From positions 32,001 to 96,000 of the IMG/VR virus record IMGVR_UViG_3300031519_006853: a DNA stretch of 64,000 bases, one strand, 5' to 3'. The stretch comes from a virus. Both the position numbers and the translations under genes were made by a program. Shown here in pieces: positions 19,296 to 28,171 of the stretch (positions are counted from its first letter, which is position 1; each line of letters starts with the position of its first letter). The notes beneath the pieces are model-generated. The model saw nothing but the letters and a program-made list of their open reading frames with translations, had not been told where the DNA came from and made no database searches.

Positions 19296-19326
19296 TTTCA
19301 GTTCCCAACAAATTTGTTTATATTTA
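19296..19326 (+). promoter_or_regulatory. Putative early promoter (TTTCAG-N17-TATATTTA)
   Basis: Exact bipartite match; drives the phosphoesterase-like/sigma operon. Confidence 0.62.
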
Positions 19327-19365
19327 TACTGTATTATATGAAACAATACACTGTAAAACAATTAT

Positions 19366-19893
19366 ATGAATAAAAAAATACCTAAAGACTTTTATATTAC
19401 TTCTGATACCTGGTTCGGTAGACCACAGATTCTTCAGATTGCCAACAGACCGTTTAATACTGTAGAAGAAATGAATACAGCATTAATCAAAAATTGGAAT
19501 AAGAAGATTAAAAAATCTGATGTAGTATTTCATTTAGGAAATTTTGCATGGGATCCAACAACTGCTCGTAAAGTACTCAAAAAATTAAATGGAAAAATAT
19601 TCTTTTTAAAAGGTAGTTCTGATAAAGCATTGGAAGAAGTTATACATGAATTTCCTAAGGCTGAATTTCTAAAGGAATCAATTATGGATTTAATTGATTT
19701 TGATACTGTGATTTGCCATTACCCATTATCGGTTTGGAACGGTAAAGATTCAGGAACAATTCATATGCATGGTCATACAGTATTTTCACATAAGACTAAC
19801 CTAACAATTGAAAACAGATTTAATGTCTGTTCTGATTTTTGGGAATTCTCACCTATTAATTACCTAACCTTAAAAGATTTCATAAATGGCTAA
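19366..19893 (+). CDS. Calcineurin-like metallophosphoesterase homologue with degenerate metal ligands
   Basis: Fold motifs are present but altered: SDTWFG (DxH), HLGNF (GD), KGSSD (GNHD), HGHTV (GHxH). Confidence 0.75.
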   Translation: MNKKIPKDFYITSDTWFGRPQILQIANRPFNTVEEMNTALIKNWNKKIKKSDVVFHLGNFAWDPTTARKVLKKLNGKIFFLKGSSDKALEEVIHEFPKAEFLKESIMDLIDFDTVICHYPLSVWNGKDSGTIHMHGHTVFSHKTNLTIENRFNVCSDFWEFSPINYLTLKDFING

Positions 19894-20524
19894 AAGAACA
19901 AAGAAAACCTATAAAGAACTTGCAATAGAATTTAAAAAGACAAGAAAAGAAAGCGTGTATAATGAACTATATGCCAAGATGAGACCAGGGTTATGGTCAT
20001 ATACAAATAATATTGTAAAAGATCCTCATGTAGCTGATGATATTGTATCAACAACTTTAACAACAGTGTATTTAAAAATTGATCAATACAATGAAGATTA
20101 TCAAATTACAACATGGGCATATCGTATTGCTTATAATGAATGCATCGGCTGGATAAGATATAGAAATAGAAAGGTAAGTATGAATGCATTTACTGACAAA
20201 GGAATCGATCCTCCAACATTTATGCTACCTCATATTGACACTGATAATTCAATGCCACCAACAGAAGCAGATTACTGGGAAGCTGAGCATCTCTTAACTG
20301 AAAAGGTAAGATTAACTACCGAAGCAATTAAAGCTTTGCCTCCAATGTATAAGAGATTTATGGAAGAAAGGTTCTTAAATAAAAAATCTTATAATGATAT
20401 TTTAGATATCATGTCCGACTGTGAAAAAGGCATAAATTTACAAACTGTGAAAAACCGCATATTCCGTGGAAGGAAAATAGTCAGAAAACAACTAGAAAGT
20501 ATGAAAGTCTTCTCCGAGGCATAA
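19886..20524 (+). CDS. RNA polymerase ECF-type sigma-70 factor
   Basis: Region 2: LY...LWSY...IVKDPHVADDIVSTT...VY.KIDQY...TTWAYRIAYNECI. Region 4: AIKALPPMYK...SYNDI......QTVKNRIFRGRK. Confidence 0.88.
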   Translation: MAKRTKKTYKELAIEFKKTRKESVYNELYAKMRPGLWSYTNNIVKDPHVADDIVSTTLTTVYLKIDQYNEDYQITTWAYRIAYNECIGWIRYRNRKVSMNAFTDKGIDPPTFMLPHIDTDNSMPPTEADYWEAEHLLTEKVRLTTEAIKALPPMYKRFMEERFLNKKSYNDILDIMSDCEKGINLQTVKNRIFRGRKIVRKQLESMKVFSEA

Positions 20525-20547
20525 ATACATAAAAAACAGATAATACT

Positions 20548-21000
20548 ATGTACATAACAGATTTAACAAATGAAATACTAACTTGGTATAAAATTAGAAA
20601 AATTGCCAAGGGCTCTGAATCAAAATTAAAAGAAAAAGGTTTTAGGGTTGACTGGGTAGGCAGGATCTATACAGTTATTAATTTACCTGAAGAAGTAGTC
20701 TCTGCACCCATTTCACAAGAAGGGTATGTATTGATGCAACTTAGGGAGCATGATAAGTTTTTATTAGACTTAGGAATAGCTGACGCAGTTTCTCCAGAGT
20801 TTGATCCAATCCCTGATACTGATTCATTCTTATTAGTATTATCTGCTGATAGGGAATATTTTAAATTATGGCCATTTTTAAAGTCAGCAGCCAAAACGCT
20901 AGGTTTAATACTTTTATTAAGATTAGCTTATGTACTGTTTGTCTCTCATGGTGGAAAAATATCTGAGTTATGGAACAAGATAATGGAAATAGTGTTTTAA
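20548..21000 (+). CDS. Hypothetical protein with C-terminal transmembrane helix
   Basis: C-terminal TLGLILLLRLAYVLFV; CATAAATA box at 20520 upstream. Confidence 0.65.
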   Translation: MYITDLTNEILTWYKIRKIAKGSESKLKEKGFRVDWVGRIYTVINLPEEVVSAPISQEGYVLMQLREHDKFLLDLGIADAVSPEFDPIPDTDSFLLVLSADREYFKLWPFLKSAAKTLGLILLLRLAYVLFVSHGGKISELWNKIMEIVF

Positions 21001-21200
21001 CAGACATTAATAAAATTGAAAATAAATTAAAAGAACTAGAAAAAGAAAAAGAAATTATTCAACAAAGTTGCACTCATAAAGAAACTGTGATTAACTTTGA
21101 TGAAACACGATCAATTAAAAAATACTGCTCAGAATGCAAGAGGGAGTTAGGTTATGCGACAAAGGATGAGGAGTTAGATTTTTTAAAACCGAAAGGTTAA
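20970..21200 (+). CDS. Small coiled-coil / Zn-finger-like protein
   Basis: CTH...CSEC pattern after a coiled coil. Confidence 0.6.
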   Translation: MEQDNGNSVLTDINKIENKLKELEKEKEIIQQSCTHKETVINFDETRSIKKYCSECKRELGYATKDEELDFLKPKG

Positions 21201-21273
21201 CACATACACGGAAAAGGTTTCTGTGTTAGGGAATAATTTCCCGAATTATTAATTAAATAAAAAAAATTTAAAA

Positions 21274-21699
21274 ATGAAAAAATTAATTTTAAGTTTGATG
21301 CTAGTAATTGGAATTTCAATTTCAATGAACGCGCAAAATGTAAAAGGAGATTGGTACGTAGGTACAGGTGACATCGCAGATGTTGCATGGACTGATTGGT
21401 CAATTTCACCAACATTAGGATACGCTGTATCTAATAAACTAATGGTTGGTTTATCTTTAGCACAAGCTGATTCGTCTGAAGACTTATCAATGGATATACA
21501 TGCTAGATACTTTGTAACAGCAGCTGGGCAAGACTTTTTCTTGTATGCTGGAATGGATGACTTTGAAACTGATAACCTTAGTTTAGGTTTAGGTAAAATG
21601 TTTACTATTCATAAAGGTGTTTTTGTAGAGCCAAAGGTTGTTTATCATTCAGGTGAAAAAACAACAAACATGATGTTAGGTTTCGGATTGAAATTTTAA
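21274..21699 (+). CDS. Outer membrane beta-barrel protein (Bacteroidota small OMP type)
   Basis: Signal peptide MKKLILSLMLVIGISISMNA|Q, KGDW start, amphipathic beta strands and a C-terminal GFGLKF BAM signal. Confidence 0.82.
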   Translation: MKKLILSLMLVIGISISMNAQNVKGDWYVGTGDIADVAWTDWSISPTLGYAVSNKLMVGLSLAQADSSEDLSMDIHARYFVTAAGQDFFLYAGMDDFETDNLSLGLGKMFTIHKGVFVEPKVVYHSGEKTTNMMLGFGLKF

Positions 21700-21712
21700 T
21701 AACATATAAATT

Positions 21713-21745
21713 AAAAACCGGTAATGTAATGTTACCGGTTTTTTT
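21713..21745 (+). terminator. Rho-independent terminator
   Basis: AAAAACCGGTAA-N7-TTACCGGTTTTT followed by Ts. Confidence 0.85.
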
Positions 21746-21749
21746 GTCT

Positions 21750-21776
21750 TAAACATTCTTATTTTTTTACATATAA
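21750..21776 (+). promoter_or_regulatory. Putative middle promoter (TAAAC-N15-CATATAA)
   Basis: Recurring motif directly after the terminator. Confidence 0.55.
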
Positions 21777-21789
21777 TAATAAACAGAAT

Positions 21790-22527
21790 ATGGCCACAGC
21801 TCAATCACTAGCAACAACTGAAACAATAAATGGTAAAAGATACTATAATATTGCAGAAGGTAAAAAATATCCATCAGTAACAACTATACTAGGTGCAATG
21901 ACTGATAAATCAGGAATTGACAAATGGAGAAAAAGAGTAGGTGAAGAAAAGGCTGATGCTATTTCTAAGTTTTCTTCTAACCGAGGAACTGTGATGCATC
22001 AATTTTGTGAATACTTTTTAGGATCTGAAGAGGAAACTGTTAGAGAAAGATTAATAGAAGCTCAAACTTTAATAGGTCCTTTTGTAGAAGATAATGGTTT
22101 TACTGAAGAAGAAACTAATGTAGGAAGAAAACTTTTCTTTAATTTTTATAATGGCAAATGTTTTGAACGCATTGCTAATGTAGTGTCTATAGAGGATACT
22201 CTATTCTCACCTGTAATGGGAGGGTATGCTGGTAGGGTAGATATTATATATGAAAATGAAAAAGGGCATCTAGTGATCTTAGATTTTAAATCATCTAAAA
22301 AGCCTAAAAGAGAAGATTGGATAGAAAATTATAAAATGCAAATTGCAGCATATTCATTAGCATATTGGGAAATGAATAAAAGAAAACCCCAAGGTGGCGA
22401 AATTTGGATTAGTAATGAAGCTGATGGTTTTCCACAGGTTTTTGAAATGTCATTTAATGATATAACTAAATATGGTAAAATGTTTTTAAACTTAGTAAAA
22501 GAATTTCATACTAAGTTCCCTCTTTAA
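21790..22527 (+). CDS. PD-(D/E)XK Cas4-like exonuclease
   Basis: YPSVTTILG, RGTVMH, AGRVDI, ILDFKSS and QIAAYSLA. Confidence 0.88.
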   Translation: MATAQSLATTETINGKRYYNIAEGKKYPSVTTILGAMTDKSGIDKWRKRVGEEKADAISKFSSNRGTVMHQFCEYFLGSEEETVRERLIEAQTLIGPFVEDNGFTEEETNVGRKLFFNFYNGKCFERIANVVSIEDTLFSPVMGGYAGRVDIIYENEKGHLVILDFKSSKKPKREDWIENYKMQIAAYSLAYWEMNKRKPQGGEIWISNEADGFPQVFEMSFNDITKYGKMFLNLVKEFHTKFPL

Positions 22528-22529
22528 TT

Positions 22530-22539
22530 GAATATATAA
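22530..22539 (+). promoter_or_regulatory. Putative late promoter (GAATATATAA)
   Basis: Same motif as before the tube gene. Confidence 0.5.
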
Positions 22540-22554
22540 AAAAAATCAAATTTA

Positions 22555-22851
22555 ATGTTTATAAGAAATTATAGAGATTTTCTTTTAGAAGTAAGGGATC
22601 AAAAACATGAGCCAGCCGGGGAAAAGGTTGAAAAGGATCATAAAGATGGTAAACATAGCGGAGTAGACTCAAAACTAGAAAAAGAAATAGAAGATGAATT
22701 GGAAGCCAATGCCGAAGATTGCCCAAGGTGCGGAGAGCATATCGAGTCTTGTGAATGTGCCGAGAAGGACCCATGGTCAACTCAAGTTTATCACAGAGCT
22801 CCAAAAGGAAAAGAATTTAAAGCAAAACCAAAACAACAATTTAAAAAATAA
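22555..22851 (+). CDS. Small capsid-leader-bearing protein with Cys cluster
   Basis: MFIRNYRDFLLE leader; CPRCGEHIESCEC. Confidence 0.62.
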   Translation: MFIRNYRDFLLEVRDQKHEPAGEKVEKDHKDGKHSGVDSKLEKEIEDELEANAEDCPRCGEHIESCECAEKDPWSTQVYHRAPKGKEFKAKPKQQFKK

Positions 22852-22855
22852 AATA

Positions 22856-23143
22856 ATGAACAAATTTAACAAATTTTTTGCAGAACATGGAATTAAAATA
22901 ATTATAGTTATAATGGTATTAACTTATTTTAAATCATGTAGCATTGATTCTGAAGTAGAAAGAATTAAAAAAGAACAAAGAATTTTAACTACAGAGATTG
23001 ATACTTTATCATCTCAGATAGTTAATCAAGAGGAAATGATATATCTTATCGAAACGGTTCCTGCTTGGAAAACTCTAAGAATTGAAGAAATTTCTGATAA
23101 AGAAAGAATCTCTATCAATGCATTAGAAGAAAAAGATAACTAA
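22856..23143 (+). CDS. Membrane-anchored coiled-coil protein (spanin-like?)
   Basis: N-terminal TM ending FKSC, then a coiled coil. Start moved to ATG 22856. Confidence 0.5.
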   Translation: MNKFNKFFAEHGIKIIIVIMVLTYFKSCSIDSEVERIKKEQRILTTEIDTLSSQIVNQEEMIYLIETVPAWKTLRIEEISDKERISINALEEKDN

Positions 23144-23145
23144 AT

Positions 23146-23664
23146 GTGGCCAATACACCTATAATACCTGGAGTACCTACTCCAATAAGCGGAGATCCAA
23201 AATGTGCATTAACTTTATGCGGTAATATTATTGCCCAGGTTGATTGTGTTACTATAATAATGCAAGGAACTAACGGTTGTATAGATTTACAATTTTTTGG
23301 TAAGGATGGAAAACCTTTAGATTTAACTAAATTCAGTGAAATTCAAATTATGTTATATAATGAATTTGATTGTACAATAGCAAATTTTTGGTGGCCATCA
23401 ATTCCTACTGGTTGTAAAGGTCTCTTAATGACTATATTACAGTATACAGATGCTAAGGGTGTAATTCACAATAAAGGTATGATAAGGATATGTTTAGATC
23501 CTGCTTGTACAAAAACTAGCCCAACGGGAATATTTGCAGAAATTTTATTAACAGAATTAACAACTGCAGGTACTGCTGAAACATCAGGCATACCATGTTT
23601 ACAGGTTGCTAAAATTATACCATCCAGGATTTACGAAAATGGTTGTGATGACGGTTGCAGTTAA
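23146..23664 (+). CDS. Cys-rich hypothetical, possibly structural beta-sandwich protein
   Basis: GTG start; 11 Cys in 172 aa; KPLDLT...IML...KGMIRICL pattern reminiscent of BppU-N-like folds. Confidence 0.5.
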   Translation: MANTPIIPGVPTPISGDPKCALTLCGNIIAQVDCVTIIMQGTNGCIDLQFFGKDGKPLDLTKFSEIQIMLYNEFDCTIANFWWPSIPTGCKGLLMTILQYTDAKGVIHNKGMIRICLDPACTKTSPTGIFAEILLTELTTAGTAETSGIPCLQVAKIIPSRIYENGCDDGCS

Positions 23665-23676
23665 AACATTAACATT

Positions 23677-24504
23677 ATGGAAGAAAAAACATTAAAAGAA
23701 AGATTATTACATATCTTTATTATAAGTATATTTTGTAGTTTATATTTTTTAGTAGCTACAATCTCAATGATTAATTCAGTTGCATTTTTTGACTTAAGCC
23801 ACTCTGGTTTAATGTCTTGGTCATTAGCTATTGGATTTGAAATAGGAGCAGCGGCTTCTCTTGCTGCAATTATTATTTTAGATAAAACCAACAAAACAAT
23901 GGTTTGGGGTTTATTCTTATTATTGACATCCTTTCAAATGATGGCTAACTCATTTCATGCTTTTATTAATTTAGAAGATTATATGGGTTGGATTGAATTA
24001 TTTGGATTGGAAGAAGCAGAACCGATATATCAAAAAAGAATTTTATCAATTGTGAGTGGTGCTATACTTCCTGTAGTAGCATTAGGATTTATTAAATCAT
24101 TAGTTGATTATATTAGACCTGAAAAGCCTGAAGAATTAGAAGTTACAATTGGAGATAGGTTAGGTGATATTGAAACACCTGTCGCAGGGTCGGCTGAACC
24201 TATTATAGAAAAACAAATAATCCCGGATGTTAGCGAGGAACTGCCGGAAGAAGATTCATATTCTCGTGATGCTGACAAAGCAATAATACCAGTTGAAATT
24301 GGAGAAGTACGCATAGCACCTGAAACGGTAACTACCGAAACACCGGTTGCTGATGTAGTAGCAAAGCCAATTTCACCAGCGCATATTACACCAGTTGGAG
24401 ATCCTATAGTGATACCAACACCCGAAACTCAAATACCAATAAAACAAGCAAAGCCACCTTTATCAGGTAGACCTTTTATTAGAAGTAGTGAGTCCAAACC
24501 ATAA
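23677..24504 (+). CDS. Multi-pass membrane protein with Pro/Glu-rich disordered tail
   Basis: About four hydrophobic segments in the first 145 aa, then a PEST-like tail. Confidence 0.65.
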   Translation: MEEKTLKERLLHIFIISIFCSLYFLVATISMINSVAFFDLSHSGLMSWSLAIGFEIGAAASLAAIIILDKTNKTMVWGLFLLLTSFQMMANSFHAFINLEDYMGWIELFGLEEAEPIYQKRILSIVSGAILPVVALGFIKSLVDYIRPEKPEELEVTIGDRLGDIETPVAGSAEPIIEKQIIPDVSEELPEEDSYSRDADKAIIPVEIGEVRIAPETVTTETPVADVVAKPISPAHITPVGDPIVIPTPETQIPIKQAKPPLSGRPFIRSSESKP

Positions 24505-24558
24505 TCCTTTGAGATTAAACTTTATATTTCGGAGGATTTTAAAAAATAAAAATTCAAT

Positions 24559-25269
24559 ATGCCCGCACGTACTTACGATGACGAAGTCTTTAAAGAAAAA
24601 AGAAGACCAAAAAATCCAATTAAATTTAAACTAAACCTTAATGAAGAACAGAAGTTAGCTAAAGAAGTTATATTATTAAATACAATAACCTTACTTGCTG
24701 GTAAAGCAGGATCTGGTAAAACGTTATTAGCTTGCCAAGTTGCATTGGATGGATTATTCAGAAGACATTATGAAAAGGTCATTATAACAAGACCAACTGT
24801 TTCTAAAGAAGAGATAGGATTCCTACCTGGGGATCTCCATGCTAAAATGGATCCGTGGGTACAACCAATTTATCAAAATATGTATAGCCTTTATGGAAAA
24901 GATAAAGTGCAACCTTTTATAGAAAGTGGACAAATAGAAATTGTACCAGTTTCATTTATGAGAGGAAGGACATTTGTTGATAGTTGTGTTATTGTTGATG
25001 AGGCACAAAATGTAACAAATGATCAAATGGAAATGATTGTAACCAGAGTTGGTTTAAGATCAAAGATGATTATTTGTGGTGATGATGGTCAAGTAGATTT
25101 AAAAGGCCGTGGTGAATCAGGGTTTAGATTTCTTTATAATCAAGCATTTAAAATTAAGAAATTATCTTCTCTTACTCTTTTACAAAATCACAGAGATCCT
25201 ATCGTTGATGATTTAATTGACATTTATGAGGAAGAAAACTATAAAAGATCAGGTAATAAAAATAAATAA
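24559..25269 (+). CDS. phoH: PhoH-like ATPase
   Basis: GKAGSGKT, TRPTV...GFLPGD, FMRGRTF, IVDEAQN and CGDDGQVD. Confidence 0.95.
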   Translation: MPARTYDDEVFKEKRRPKNPIKFKLNLNEEQKLAKEVILLNTITLLAGKAGSGKTLLACQVALDGLFRRHYEKVIITRPTVSKEEIGFLPGDLHAKMDPWVQPIYQNMYSLYGKDKVQPFIESGQIEIVPVSFMRGRTFVDSCVIVDEAQNVTNDQMEMIVTRVGLRSKMIICGDDGQVDLKGRGESGFRFLYNQAFKIKKLSSLTLLQNHRDPIVDDLIDIYEEENYKRSGNKNK

Positions 25270-25285
25270 AACAAATTAGAAAATT

Positions 25286-25549
25286 ATGATTCCAGAAAAA
25301 GGTAAGTATTTAGTTAACTTTTCAGCTGATTGGTGTGGACCATGTAAGGCAATGAAAGGTACATTAGAAAAGTTTAAAGAATTTTCTAAAGACACTTTAA
25401 TAAAGATAAATGTAGATACGGAATCGGATATTGCAGCAAAGTATGGGGTACGAAGTATCCCATGCTTTATTGTTGTTAAAGATGGTAATGAAATAAAAAG
25501 AGAAGTTGGTTCAAAAAGTTTAGATCAATTAAAAGAGATGATAAAATAA
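25286..25549 (+). CDS. trxA: Thioredoxin
   Basis: FSADWCGPCK and YGVRSIP. Confidence 0.93.
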   Translation: MIPEKGKYLVNFSADWCGPCKAMKGTLEKFKEFSKDTLIKINVDTESDIAAKYGVRSIPCFIVVKDGNEIKREVGSKSLDQLKEMIK

Positions 25550-25558
25550 ATTAACATA

Positions 25559-26434
25559 ATGATTTTAAAATATGGTTCAAAAGGTAAAGAAGTTAAAGAA
25601 CTACAAGAATTCCTATCTATATCTCCAGATGGACATTTTGGTAAAGGAACTGAAGGGGCAGTTAAAACATGGCAAGCCAATAACAAACTTATTACTGATG
25701 GTATTGTTGGCCCTGCCACTTGGAATGCTATGGGTTTGGCTACTACTGATGTTGAAGAAGCAACCTACCAAACCGAAAATGGATTAACAATTCATCGTCA
25801 TATGTTACCTAAAGATGAGTTTATGACAGGGAGTAAACCTGAATATGTTTTTTTACACCATACAGCTGGCTGGCATAATCCATTTAGAACTGTAGATCAT
25901 TGGGGTAGAGATGATAGAGGTAAAGTTGCTACTGAATTTGTATTAGGTGGTCAATCTATAAAAGGTGATGATGATCAATATGATGGTGTTTTAGTTCAAT
26001 GTACACCACAAGGTGGCTGGGGTTGGCATTTAGGTACAGGGAGAAGTCATATGCATCAAAATTCTGTAGGAATAGAAGTAAATAATTTTGGCTGGATTAA
26101 AAATGGTAAAACATATGCTGGGACAACGGCTGATAGATCTCAATTAGTAACCTTATCCCAACCTTTTAGAGGTTACAGTACATGGCATAGGTATTCTGAT
26201 AAACAAATAGAAGTATTAAGAGATTGGATTTTGTATATCGGTGAAAGAGATAATATTGATATTACTGATGGGTTACCTAAATTAATTAAATCAATAGGTG
26301 CAGATGCTTTTGAATATATTCCTGAAGTAGTAAGAGGAAATTGCAAAGGTTTATGGACTCATACTAATGTTAAGAAAACAAAAGTAGACATGTTTCCTCA
26401 ACCAGAGTTAATGGATATGCTAGTATCATTATAA
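25559..26434 (+). CDS. Endolysin: peptidoglycan-binding domain plus N-acetylmuramoyl-L-alanine amidase
   Basis: LKYGSKG.EVKELQ..L....DG.FG..T..AVK.WQ....L..DGIVGPATW (PG_binding_1), then LHHTAG, WHLG, SVGIE and WTH amidase_2 motifs. Confidence 0.88.
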   Translation: MILKYGSKGKEVKELQEFLSISPDGHFGKGTEGAVKTWQANNKLITDGIVGPATWNAMGLATTDVEEATYQTENGLTIHRHMLPKDEFMTGSKPEYVFLHHTAGWHNPFRTVDHWGRDDRGKVATEFVLGGQSIKGDDDQYDGVLVQCTPQGGWGWHLGTGRSHMHQNSVGIEVNNFGWIKNGKTYAGTTADRSQLVTLSQPFRGYSTWHRYSDKQIEVLRDWILYIGERDNIDITDGLPKLIKSIGADAFEYIPEVVRGNCKGLWTHTNVKKTKVDMFPQPELMDMLVSL

Positions 26435-26437
26435 CAT

Positions 26438-26587
26438 ATGAAACATTTAAAAGAAAATAATATAAGTTATTGGAAGCATTGGTTTTTTGCTATGAAATTA
26501 TCTCTTTCATTGTTTATTCATGCATGGTTTCCTAATATATTAAAAACATACGCATCTGATAAAATTTGCAAAAAACAGTCATCTTGA
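26438..26587 (+). CDS. Small hydrophobic protein (49 aa, MKHLKENNISYWKHWFFAM...IHAWFP...ASD), not in ORF track
   Basis: Read by hand; resembles the small HL...Y..H..FA...HA.FP family (DUF6356-like). Confidence 0.6.
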   Translation: MKHLKENNISYWKHWFFAMKLSLSLFIHAWFPNILKTYASDKICKKQSS

Positions 26588-26620
26588 CATAGTCAACATG
26601 AAAAACCAGACAATGTGTCA
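26584..26620 (+). promoter_or_regulatory. Two inverted-repeat boxes upstream of Hsp20 (TTGAC-ATA-GTCAA; GACA-ATG-TGTC)
   Basis: Palindromes seen directly in the sequence; operator role is inferred. Confidence 0.35.
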
Positions 26621-26713
26621 AAATAATCACGTTTTTTCACTATTGCACGGTTTTTTCAGTATAGTATATAAATAAGGAACTGAATCTTTATTTTAAATAA
26701 AAACTATATAACT

Positions 26714-27112
26714 ATGTACACATTTTTAAATGGCTTTAAGCCAGTAACACAAGCAAGAAGAATCAACGACAATATTGATACATTACTAAAAGATCCTTTT
26801 TGGGATGAATTTGAAAACTTTTTTGCAAAACCATCAAAAGGTTGGCATTGTATTAAAGAAGATAAAAACTGGATTTTAGAAATCGCTATTCCAGGTTTAA
26901 CAAAAGAAGACTTAAAAGTAAAAATGATTAAAGGAGAATTAAGCATTGCTTCTACTAATGAAGATAATGTTTGGTTAGGATCCTTTGATAAAAGATTTAC
27001 TTTACCTCAAGATGTTAATTCTAAAAAGATCAAAGCTAAAGTAGAGAATGGTGTGTTATCATTAACATTACCAATTAAAGAAGATAGCGAAAATTTTATA
27101 GACATAAAGTAA
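26714..27112 (+). CDS. Small heat shock protein (Hsp20)
   Basis: LEIAIPGLTKEDLKV, FDKRFTLP.DV....IKAKVENGVLSLTLP. Confidence 0.92.
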   Translation: MYTFLNGFKPVTQARRINDNIDTLLKDPFWDEFENFFAKPSKGWHCIKEDKNWILEIAIPGLTKEDLKVKMIKGELSIASTNEDNVWLGSFDKRFTLPQDVNSKKIKAKVENGVLSLTLPIKEDSENFIDIK

Positions 27113-27138
27113 AACAAACTATTAAGTTATGTATATAA
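27111..27138 (+). promoter_or_regulatory. Putative middle promoter (AAAAC-N16-TATATAA)
   Basis: Recurring motif. Confidence 0.4.
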
Positions 27139-27168
27139 ATATTAAATATATTTAAAATTAACGTTAAC

Positions 27169-27441
27169 ATGAACAAAGAAGAAAACACTCAAGAAAACCC
27201 AGAACAAGTAAACCCAACGGGAGAGCTTAATGGTCAGCAGGCATTAAATGTTTTAATCCAAGCTGTTAGAATTGCACAAGGTAAAGGTGCTTACACAATC
27301 GAAGATGCTGAATTGATCTCAAGAGCAATTAAAGTATTCGTTCCACCAACTGCTCCAGGAGCTGAAGGTACTGATACGGATCCAATTGTAAATGAAGAAG
27401 AAGTTCCAGCAGAGCCAGTATTGACTAAGGTTGAGAAGTAA
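27169..27441 (+). CDS. Hypothetical acidic protein
   Basis: QALNVLIQAVRIAQGKGAYTIEDA helical core with acidic tails. Confidence 0.7.
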   Translation: MNKEENTQENPEQVNPTGELNGQQALNVLIQAVRIAQGKGAYTIEDAELISRAIKVFVPPTAPGAEGTDTDPIVNEEEVPAEPVLTKVEK

Positions 27442-27460
27442 AACTTACTTATAACTCTGA

Positions 27461-27489
27461 AAGAGGGATCCAGTAATGGGTCCCTTTTT
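27461..27489 (+). terminator. Rho-independent terminator
   Basis: AGGGATCC-N-GGGTCCCT stem plus T-run. Confidence 0.75.
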
Positions 27490-27493
27490 AGTT

Positions 27494-27502
27494 AATATAT
27501 AA
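27494..27502 (+). promoter_or_regulatory. Putative late promoter (AATATATAA) for the glycosylation island
   Basis: Same motif as before virion genes. Confidence 0.42.
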
Positions 27503-27520
27503 TACAAATATATTATTATA

Positions 27521-28171
27521 ATGATAAGCTTAGAGGAAATAAAAGAATTTTGTAAAGGCAAGAGTATTATCATAGTAGGCAATTCATCTAGGCTATTAAA
27601 TGAAAGACACGGTAAGTTAATTGATAGTTATGATATTGTAGTTAGAATCAATAAAGGATATCTTCATAGGCAAAATATTTATTCTGATAAAATTGGAAAT
27701 AAAACAACTATATTATCTTTAGGAATAAAATCTGCAACAATGTCAGCAAATGTTATTCAATCTAATACTGTAAAATATTTAATGAGTCCTATTATTTATA
27801 GTGACAGATTAGATTATGCTAATGTATATGATGTACAAGAAAATACATATAATGAGTTAAAGAATTCTTTAGGCGGATTTAAACCTTCATCTGGGATTAG
27901 TACTTATAATTTTTTTAATCGGCATACTAATTTTAATAAATTAGATTTAATTGGATTTGATTTTTTTGAAAGTTCAAGTAGGCAAAGAAATCAATTAGGT
28001 CATTGTTATGTTAAAGATCATCATGGAATTAAAGAAAAAAAATTCTTTGAGAATTCTAAAGATCCTAATAAAACAAGACTAATTAAAATAGAAGATGGTA
28101 GTGTTAATGTTAATGTACCAAGATTTATGGTTTCTGACAATTATCAAATAAAAAAATTAAATAAGAAATGA
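27521..28171 (+). CDS. GT29-like (sialyl/ulosonic acid transferase) glycosyltransferase
   Basis: SIIIVGNSSRLL...GKLIDSYDIVVRIN (sialylmotif L), PSSG (motif S-like) and LIGFDFF. Confidence 0.78.
   Translation: MISLEEIKEFCKGKSIIIVGNSSRLLNERHGKLIDSYDIVVRINKGYLHRQNIYSDKIGNKTTILSLGIKSATMSANVIQSNTVKYLMSPIIYSDRLDYANVYDVQENTYNELKNSLGGFKPSSGISTYNFFNRHTNFNKLDLIGFDFFESSSRQRNQLGHCYVKDHHGIKEKKFFENSKDPNKTRLIKIEDGSVNVNVPRFMVSDNYQIKKLNKK

Noticed and set aside
26438-26587. MKHLKE start as another capsid-targeting leader
   Set aside because: No [ILV]xE cleavage end and the protein is hydrophobic; it fits a different small family.
26643-26658. Sigma-54-like element TTGCACGGTTTTTTCA before hsp20
   Set aside because: Lacks the invariant GG at -24 and the GC at -12.
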